This document shows positions 57,510 through 64,000 of a stretch of DNA of 64,000 nt, in pieces. The stretch lies in the sequence record PQ287320.1; one strand, 5' to 3'. The notes under the pieces are model-generated. The model did not search any database and had not been told where the DNA came from. It was given only the letters and a program-made list of their open reading frames with translations. The translations under genes and the position numbers were made by a program. Position 1 is the first letter of the stretch. The number at the start of each line of letters is the position of its first letter.

Positions 57510-57991
57510 TGTCGGGGCCGCAGTACGACTGGGAACCGGCCTCGACAGCGGACGCCGTGAAGCTGGCCGAGCACGTGATCCGGGGCGAGATCGTCCCGAT
57601 CTGCGCCGGCGCGTCCCTGCATGTGATCGAGATGCACGCCATTATGGGCGAGCGGCTCTATCGCGCCTTCGGGACCATGTCGGGTGACGCCGACTGGACC
57701 CAGGCCGAGGTCGGCACGCCTCAAGCCCATCCGCTCGACGGCCAGGACCTCCAGGCCATGGACTACCACACCCGCGTCCGCGAGGAGTATCGCCGCGACA
57801 TCGCTTCGCCGGGCGGCCGTCACCTGATGATCTGCCGGCGAACCGACGATCTCCAGGACCTGCTCGCCAACATCCCGATGGACCTGCGGATGCGCCACGA
57901 GATGTCGAACATGATCACCCTGCTGGCCCGGATGATGCTGGTCCAGAACAGCCCCCGCACCCTCTCGGACTCCAAGCTGAAGCGCTTCTGA
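57509..57991 (+). CDS. hypothetical protein
   Basis: TGATG coupling. Confidence 0.7.
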   Translation: MSGPQYDWEPASTADAVKLAEHVIRGEIVPICAGASLHVIEMHAIMGERLYRAFGTMSGDADWTQAEVGTPQAHPLDGQDLQAMDYHTRVREEYRRDIASPGGRHLMICRRTDDLQDLLANIPMDLRMRHEMSNMITLLARMMLVQNSPRTLSDSKLKRF

Positions 57992-57992
57992 C

Positions 57993-58511
57993 ATGACCCA
58001 ACGCCTCGACTTCACCTCCAACGACCTGTGGCCGCCCAAGGTCGACTACGACATGAAGAAGCTGCGCTACGACACGGCGGTCGAAATCCTCGACACCCTG
58101 TGGCCAAAGCACCGTCATGACCGCCGCCACGACCTCTCCCTCCTGGGGTCGTTCTGCAAGGTCCGGTTCGGCCCCGACGGCTTCAAGGGCGACGACATCA
58201 AAGAGCAGACCCTGGCGGTCATGCGGACGCTGGAAGCCGTGGGCTTCGTGCGCAATGACGGCGGGGACTGGCATCTGACCGCCACGGGCGCGATCTGGGT
58301 CCTGGTGGCCAAAAACGCCCCTTCGGGCTGGGAGGCCGAGAGCACCCTTCTGCATCACATCGACCTCGCGACCTTCCCCGCCGCCGAGATCACCTGGGCG
58401 ATCGAGTCCTGCCCCTATTTCCACGTCCGCAAGGGGAGCCTGTTCGACGACAAGGTCTTCGACCTCCAGGCCTATCAGCAGCCGCTTGACGGATGGAACG
58501 GATGGCGCTGA
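57993..58511 (+). CDS. hypothetical protein
   Basis: 172-aa ORF. Confidence 0.7.
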   Translation: MTQRLDFTSNDLWPPKVDYDMKKLRYDTAVEILDTLWPKHRHDRRHDLSLLGSFCKVRFGPDGFKGDDIKEQTLAVMRTLEAVGFVRNDGGDWHLTATGAIWVLVAKNAPSGWEAESTLLHHIDLATFPAAEITWAIESCPYFHVRKGSLFDDKVFDLQAYQQPLDGWNGWR

Positions 58512-59035
58512 CACCCGAGAAGTGGGACACGCTGATCCAGGACCTTCGTGAGGCCTTGGAGGACGAGAACCGCGAGGAATGGGACGACGCGATCCAGGCC
58601 CTGGAAGAGGCCTTCGATGAGCATGTCGAAGGTCCGCTGGAGACCCATCCCAACACCCTGGCCTGGAAGAAGAGCCTCGACGAGAAGAAGAGGTTCCTGG
58701 CCGGCTGGCGTCACTGGGGCAGCGGCGCGCGCGACGTCCCGGACGAGTACCGGGGCGATCCGCACTTCAACCGGGGCCGGTCTGGGGCCGCGATCGCCCA
58801 AGACATGGCCGCCGTCAAGGACCTCGACGCCTGCTCCCATCCGGTCAAGCATCGGATCGCGGGCGGCGACGATGCGGTTCTCCCGCGTCACCCGGCCGTC
58901 TACGGCTCCTACGCCGTCGAAATCTGCCGCCTCTGCCGGGGCTGGACGCTCGTTCAGCATGGGACTCCCAAGTGGCGTCCTGGCCCCTATTACGACGCCT
59001 TCGAGAAGGCTGTTCGCGAGGAAGAGGACCGCTGA
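58493..59035 (+). CDS. hypothetical protein
   Basis: 180-aa ORF; CSH..CRLC. Confidence 0.65.
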   Translation: MERMALTPEKWDTLIQDLREALEDENREEWDDAIQALEEAFDEHVEGPLETHPNTLAWKKSLDEKKRFLAGWRHWGSGARDVPDEYRGDPHFNRGRSGAAIAQDMAAVKDLDACSHPVKHRIAGGDDAVLPRHPAVYGSYAVEICRLCRGWTLVQHGTPKWRPGPYYDAFEKAVREEEDR

Positions 59036-59730
59036 TGCTCTATGTGTTCGGGGACATCCACGGCCGGCTCGATCTCCTGGAGAAGGCCCGCCACGCGATC
59101 CGTGTACGCGGGGACTGCACGCGCATGATCTTCCTGGGGGATTACGTTGACCGGGGTCCCGACAGCAAAGGCGTCGTCGAGGCGGTGATGGCGCTTCACC
59201 AGCAGGGCGAGGTGTGCCTGAAGGGCAACCACGAGCAGATGATGGTCGATAGCTGGCGGATCGCCAACTACGGCGCTCTGTCGAAGATGTGGGCCTCCAA
59301 CGGGGGCAAGCAGACCCTGAAGTCCTACGACGCCGGAGACAACGCCTGGAACGCCAAATGGGACATGATCCCCAGGCCCATATCGAGTGGATGGATCGCC
59401 TCCCGACCATGCACGTCACGGCCGGACGGGTCTTCGTTCACGCCGGCCTGATGCCGGGCGTGGCGATCGACAAGCAAGACGACGAGTGGACCCTGTGGAT
59501 CAGGGACCGGTTCCTGCTGGCCAAGCCGGCGGAGTTCACCCATCACGTCGTCCACGGACACACCCACACCGCCCCGTGATCAAGACCGAGCCGTCGCTCC
59601 CTGAGCTTCTCCCGCATCGGACCAACCTCGACACCGGGGCCTTCTTCACCGGCGTCCTGGGGTCGGGGTGTTCGATCCCTCGACCTCCGGCGGACCCGTC
59701 GAGGTCCTGATGATCCGCGAGGACGCATGA
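59035..59730 (+). CDS. metallophosphoesterase, PPP Ser/Thr phosphatase family (three apparent deletions)
   Basis: GDIHG, GDYVDRG, GNHE, NGG..TL.SY, FVHAG, HGHT, NLDTGA; shifts at ~59371, ~59575, ~59660. Confidence 0.88.
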
Positions 59731-60303
59731 TACCTGACTTCGTCAAGAAGGCTCGAAAGCTCCTGCACCTCTACGGGGGCAATCCCAAGGTCAAGGCACC
59801 CGAGCCGGACGCCCCGATCGCGGGCGGCGGGCCGGTCGCCTGGGGTCCTGTTCTCCCCTCGACCCCGCTGGGCGGCGCGGGCGGCGGCGGTGGAGTAGGA
59901 ACGACGTCCATCTACGTGATCAGCGGCGGCGGGGCGGCGGCCCCCATACCATGGGTGGCGTAGGGCAGATCATGGCCTATGACGGTGGGACCACGACCTG
60001 GATGTCTGTTACGCCTCCGCCGGCCGTGAAGGACAACGGCAAGAAGACCCGCCGCGCGCCGGCCTGACCGCGACCGAGGATGCGGTGGTCGAGACGATGG
60101 TGACCTATGGCGGCGTGGAACTCACCAAGGAGCGGGACGGCAAGTTCTCCTTCATAGGCCGGGGCGGCTTGGAACTGGCGATCCCGCGCTTGACCGTCCG
60201 CATGGTCAACGCCTTGATCAAGAAGGGTTATCTCAAGGTGATCGAGCATGGAGATCACGGCGAGGCCTTGGCCGCCCGGCTCTATCCGGAGGCTGAAAAA
60301 TAG
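59727..60303 (+). CDS. Gly/Pro-rich hypothetical protein(s); one or two genes
   Basis: frames 59727-59963 and 60085-60303 may join via G/C-run deletions at ~59932 and ~60049. Confidence 0.45.
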
Positions 60304-60369
60304 TTGGCGTGAGATCGTTGACAAGCCGTTCCTGATGTCATAAAAGCCTCCTCGACGACAACGAGGAGG
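60304..60369 (+). promoter_or_regulatory. promoter-leader cassette
   Basis: TTGGCGTGAGATCGTTGACA-N17-TAAAAG-CCTCCTCG-ACGACAA-CGAGGAGG. Confidence 0.85.
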
Positions 60370-60374
60370 GCCGC

Positions 60375-60794
60375 ATGGCTTACGAAATCCCCGACCTGAC
60401 CAAGATCAAATTCGACGACAAGCTGGTCGAGACCTTCGCCGGCCTGATGGTCAGCTACATCAAGACCTCGGCCTTGAGCATCGAGTGCTTCAAGTCCGCC
60501 CTGGACAACGACCCCTTCATGGCGGTGTGCGACAGCGCCAACCTGAAGCTGGCCGCCGCCCGCAACCGCACCGCCAAGTGCTACCTGGAACTGGTTCTGG
60601 ACCTCGTCCAGAACGGGCCGGACAAGACCTGGGCGTTCATCGGCGCCACTCTCCGCAAGGACCTGGAAGAGCGCATCCAGTATGCGATCTGTCATCCTCC
60701 GCGCTCGTCTAACCGCGAGTCTGACGACATGGCGACCTATGACCTGCGCTCGCTGGGCGAAGTTCTGGATCGCGTCACGAAGGGCCGCTTCTGA
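60375..60794 (+). CDS. hypothetical protein
   Basis: ATG after GGAGG. Confidence 0.75.
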   Translation: MAYEIPDLTKIKFDDKLVETFAGLMVSYIKTSALSIECFKSALDNDPFMAVCDSANLKLAAARNRTAKCYLELVLDLVQNGPDKTWAFIGATLRKDLEERIQYAICHPPRSSNRESDDMATYDLRSLGEVLDRVTKGRF

Positions 60795-61042
60795 TGCGCG
60801 GCGTCGAGGTCAACGAGAGCTACGTCACCGACCAGCGGTCGTTCGACGGGCAACTGGCTGGCAAGTACGGCGTCGCCTCGGGCGGCCCGGACCTGACCCG
60901 CGAGCAAATCCGCCAGATGAAGCGCGAGGACAACCGCCGCTTCCTGGCCCTGACCCTGCTGGGTTCGATCTTCCTGTTCTCGCTCACCTGGGTGTTCAGC
61001 GACTTGCTGAACCTGGGCGACAAGCTGAACCTGCCGTTCTGA
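60794..61042 (+). CDS. small membrane protein
   Basis: C-terminal TM segment. Confidence 0.65.
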   Translation: MRGVEVNESYVTDQRSFDGQLAGKYGVASGGPDLTREQIRQMKREDNRRFLALTLLGSIFLFSLTWVFSDLLNLGDKLNLPF

Positions 61043-61425
61043 TGAAGACGCTCGACGAACGCGTCCGCGAGGCCATCGATACCCCTCGTCCTGCCTGGAT
61101 CGAGAAGAAGGGCGATCGCTTCCACGTCATCACCAAGGGCGTGCTGTTCCCCAACACCGCCAACCCGGTCGCCAAGACCTGGGGCCGCAAGAGCGGCGCC
61201 GTGGCCTACGTCAACCAGCAGTACCTCACTCTGCTGGAGGGCGACTGCCCGCTCCCCGAGCCGACCCCGGAAGAACGCGAGCGCTACCAGAACGAAGGCC
61301 TCGAACGCCGCAAGGCCGCCGAGCAAATCGCCCTGGAGTTCGACGTCTCCTACACCGAGGCGCGGCGTGCTCTGAAGAACCTGGAAGACAAAGGCCTGAT
61401 CGAATTCAGGACGGGCGCACGATGA
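61042..61425 (+). CDS. hypothetical protein with C-terminal HTH
   Basis: IALEFDVSYTEARRALKNLEDKGLIE. Confidence 0.65.
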   Translation: MKTLDERVREAIDTPRPAWIEKKGDRFHVITKGVLFPNTANPVAKTWGRKSGAVAYVNQQYLTLLEGDCPLPEPTPEERERYQNEGLERRKAAEQIALEFDVSYTEARRALKNLEDKGLIEFRTGAR

Positions 61426-61613
61426 CCGCCGCGATCTTCTGGGACTACGTCGAGGCGCTCCGGACGCTGGAGTTCGAGGCGCGCCAGACCCCCGGCGAGA
61501 CGGATCGGGCGCTCGCCATGCTGGCGATCAACGACCTGGGCCGACGCCTGGAGGCAGGTACGCATACCTCCATGGACCTGATGATCCTGGAGGAAGCAAA
61601 ATCTCGCTCCTAG
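61422..61613 (+). CDS. hypothetical protein
   Basis: ATGA overlap. Confidence 0.65.
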   Translation: MTAAIFWDYVEALRTLEFEARQTPGETDRALAMLAINDLGRRLEAGTHTSMDLMILEEAKSRS

Positions 61614-61679
61614 TTGGCGTTTAAGTGTTGCCAAGCCCTTCGGCTTGCGCTACACCCACCGTCGACGACAACGAGGAGG
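61614..61679 (+). promoter_or_regulatory. promoter-leader cassette
   Basis: TTGGCGTTTAAGTGTTGCCA-N17-TACACC..CGACGACAACGAGGAGG. Confidence 0.8.
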
Positions 61680-61683
61680 CCCC

Positions 61684-61887
61684 ATGCCGCACCTGAGCAA
61701 GCAGTCCTACGCGTTCTCCTTCATGAGCGACGCCCTGATGGCCGCCCTGGCGTTCGAGCGTTCCACTACCGAGTTCTACCGCTACGAGACCCGGTACATC
61801 TACGACACCAAGCTGGGTGACGTGGTCGAAGTCCGTGTCCTGGAGCAGGACGGCGTCTTCGTCGGCTACGTGGCGGGTGAAGCCTAA
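61684..61887 (+). CDS. hypothetical protein
   Basis: MPHLSKQ after GGAGG. Confidence 0.7.
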   Translation: MPHLSKQSYAFSFMSDALMAALAFERSTTEFYRYETRYIYDTKLGDVVEVRVLEQDGVFVGYVAGEA

Positions 61888-62276
61888 TGCAGCACCTCGA
61901 CCCCCGCATCGGCGTCCTGAACTCGGGCGTCTACTACGCCTACGTCAACGGCTACGACAAGCCCGAGACGCGCGGTACGCTCGAAGAAGTCGAGATCGCC
62001 CTGGGCTTGCGGAAGGCTCCGCCGGCGCCTAAGCCGATCGTCGAGACCCGCACCCGCTCGGGCGGCTGGGAACGGACCTTCGGGACCATCAACGGCAAGC
62101 CCCTGACCCTGACGATCAGCGAGGCCGACAGCGTCTGCGCCGACGTCGCGTGCGGTAAGTTCGGCTGCTCGCTGTCGCTGCTCTGCGACTTCGGGACGGT
62201 CGAGGAAGACGGCCCGCGCGTGCGCCAGTCCATCATCGACCAGATGGTCGAGTGGGCGCTGACCAAGGGCTGGTAG
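61887..62276 (+). CDS. hypothetical protein
   Basis: TAATG coupling. Confidence 0.7.
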   Translation: MQHLDPRIGVLNSGVYYAYVNGYDKPETRGTLEEVEIALGLRKAPPAPKPIVETRTRSGGWERTFGTINGKPLTLTISEADSVCADVACGKFGCSLSLLCDFGTVEEDGPRVRQSIIDQMVEWALTKGW

Positions 62277-62510
62277 ATGTTCCGCATCCGTGTCATCGAC
62301 CGCGACGGCTTCACCCAGGGCTGGGTTGACGTCCGCGAGGGCCTGCCGACCTATCGTGGTCCCGTCACCCGCTGGACCGCAAAGGGCTCGTTCTACACGC
62401 TCAACGCCGAAGGCCATGAGCGCCTGTGGAAGGTGAACTGTCACCAGCCCAGCGTCTACAAGAGCAAGCTCCGCAAGAGCGACATCATCCACGAACGATC
62501 GGAGGGCTAA
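62277..62510 (+). CDS. hypothetical protein
   Basis: 77-aa ORF. Confidence 0.65.
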   Translation: MFRIRVIDRDGFTQGWVDVREGLPTYRGPVTRWTAKGSFYTLNAEGHERLWKVNCHQPSVYKSKLRKSDIIHERSEG

Positions 62511-62511
62511 C

Positions 62512-62825
62512 GTGAGTCTGATGACCTATCTGGCCGGCGCGGTAGTCACCGGCGCGGCCCTGTCGGCGCAGGTGTTCAAGGTCCGGGCGCCGGCGGTGAA
62601 GGAGACCTATACCCACACCTGGGGCTACGTCAAAACCGACGACGTGGGCGAGACCGGCAAGCTCATCATGGCCATCGCCATCTTCGCGGCGATCTGGCCC
62701 TGACGGCCGCTCTCGGGATCGTCATGGGCCTCTGGGTTCTCCTGGTCCGCACCGTCGACGGTGCGTGGCGGCGCAAGACCGATCGCCGCGAGACCACCTA
62801 CGTTGGTCACCACCCCTATCTGTGA
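62512..62825 (+). CDS. membrane protein (apparent deletion at 62698-62700)
   Basis: restoring one C gives IWPLTAALGIVMGLWVLL. Confidence 0.55.
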
Positions 62826-62840
62826 CTGCCGCCAGTCCGG

Positions 62841-62885
62841 CTGGCTTCAGTGTGTTGACGACGCGTCGATCGCCCGCTAAGAAGG
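62841..62885 (+). promoter_or_regulatory. promoter with upstream box, no GACGACAAC leader
   Basis: CTGGCTTCAGTGTGTTGACG..GCTAAGAA. Confidence 0.6.
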
Positions 62886-62941
62886 TCTGACGGTCACGCT
62901 CTGGCTGCATGAATTTTCAAGAGACAAAGGGCCTTAAGTCC

Positions 62942-64000
62942 ATGGATTTCCACTTCTTTAAGACGGCCGTCGCCAAGCAGTGGGCCGCGATGACCAAGGA
63001 TGACGCGCCGCTGTTCCGCGTCGAGGTCGACAAGGACCTCCTGTGGTCAACCTACCTGGGGGCGTTCCCCGCCGGGACCAATCCGATCTTCCGCGAGCGC
63101 TCCGAGCACGACTGCGCATGCTGCCGCAACTTCGTCCGCAACGCTGGCGACGCCGTGGCGGTCGTCAACGGCCAGATCGTGACGATCTGGGACTGCAAGG
63201 TCGAGGGCGAGCCGGCCTACCAGCAGGTCGCCGACACCCTGGCGTCCCTGGTTCGCTCGCGCCGCGTCTGCGACATGTTCCTGCATGACCAGAAGTCCAT
63301 CGGGACCGACAAGAACGTCGAGACCCTGCTGACCGGCGACGTCACCTGGAACCATTTCTTCGTCAACGTCCCGGAGCGCTTCGTCAAGAAGCGCATCGAC
63401 ATCCCGACCGCGCTCCACATTCCGCGCACGGCCCAGGAGACGCTCCTGCGCGCCGTGACCGAGATCACCGACGAGGCGATCGACACGGTGCTGGACCTGA
63501 TCGCCCAGAACACGATCTATCGCGGCGCCGAGCACAAGGCGGTGGTGGTCACCTTCCAGAAGGCCAAGAAGACCTTCGAGGGGCTGTCGGCCGAGGCCAA
63601 GGCGCTGAAGGCCTGGGTCAACGTCGCCAAGGGCGATCTCTGGGGCTCGGTGACGGGCATCCGGAGCACGGTGATCGGCTCGCTGCTGGTCGACCTGTCG
63701 GCCGACGTCGACCTGGAAGAGGCGGTCAAGAAGTTCGAAGCCAAGGTGGCGCCGCACAACTACAAGCGCACGACCGCCCTGGTGACGAAGAAGCAGATCG
63801 AGAACGCCAAGAAGACGATCGCCGACCTGGGCCTGACCTCGGCCCTGGAGCGCCGCTACGCCGTCCTCAAGGACGTGTCGATCAACGACGTCCTGTTCGC
63901 CGACCGCGACGCGCGGTCGGTGATGAACGACGTGTTCGACGATCTAGCGGCCGACGTCGCCGACAAGCCCAAGGCGCTCGACAAGGTCGAGGAGGTGTCG
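62942..64000 (+). CDS. T5 A1-like protein (runs off the window edge; not in ORF track)
   Basis: MDFHFFKTAV; YLGAFP..RSEHDCACCRNFVRN, WNHF, IRSTVIGSLL, FEAKVAPHNYKR, LGLTSALERR match recalled A1-family motifs. Confidence 0.65.
   Translation, partial: MDFHFFKTAVAKQWAAMTKDDAPLFRVEVDKDLLWSTYLGAFPAGTNPIFRERSEHDCACCRNFVRNAGDAVAVVNGQIVTIWDCKVEGEPAYQQVADTLASLVRSRRVCDMFLHDQKSIGTDKNVETLLTGDVTWNHFFVNVPERFVKKRIDIPTALHIPRTAQETLLRAVTEITDEAIDTVLDLIAQNTIYRGAEHKAVVVTFQKAKKTFEGLSAEAKALKAWVNVAKGDLWGSVTGIRSTVIGSLLVDLSADVDLEEAVKKFEAKVAPHNYKRTTALVTKKQIENAKKTIADLGLTSALERRYAVLKDVSINDVLFADRDARSVMNDVFDDLAADVADKPKALDKVEEVS

Noticed and set aside
59860-59945. GGC-rich tract as a tandem repeat element
   Set aside because: Simply encodes poly-Gly in a low-complexity ORF

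Overview
GC-rich, gene-dense segment of a large lytic phage, best matching phiCbK-like Caulobacter phages (inferred from a GcrA homologue, an alphaproteobacterial XRE regulator, a T5 A1-like gene, and NAMPT/NMNAT, RtcB and ligase content). No structural genes, tRNAs, CRISPR arrays or integrase were recognised. Genes run leftward from 1 to ~43170 and rightward from ~43300 to 64000. The left arm holds a nucleotide/RNA-repair and putative anti-defence block: ATP-dependent ligase, SLOG, DUF1643, Ntn protease, NAMPT + NMNAT-Nudix, PTH2, HD hydrolase, MazG-like, RtcB, three HNH nucleases, SPFH, ArdC, DUF4326 and a HAD nucleotidase. The main unexplained structure is a cassette repeated ~20 times: YTGGCK-N5-GTG box, TTGACA, 17-18 bp spacer, TAGAAG-like -10, CGACGACAACG leader, Shine-Dalgarno (SD). 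In most copies the bases between the -10 and the predicted +1 are complementary to that copy's own SD. Other highlights: a 79-aa protein made only of PolA palm motifs, a structured ~215-nt transcript candidate, a novel protein with a phospho-His swivel domain, and a Tat-signal protein. About 26 apparent 1-nt deletions, all in G/C runs, split genes. These are most likely sequencing errors, and such genes are reported here as reconstructed single CDSs.
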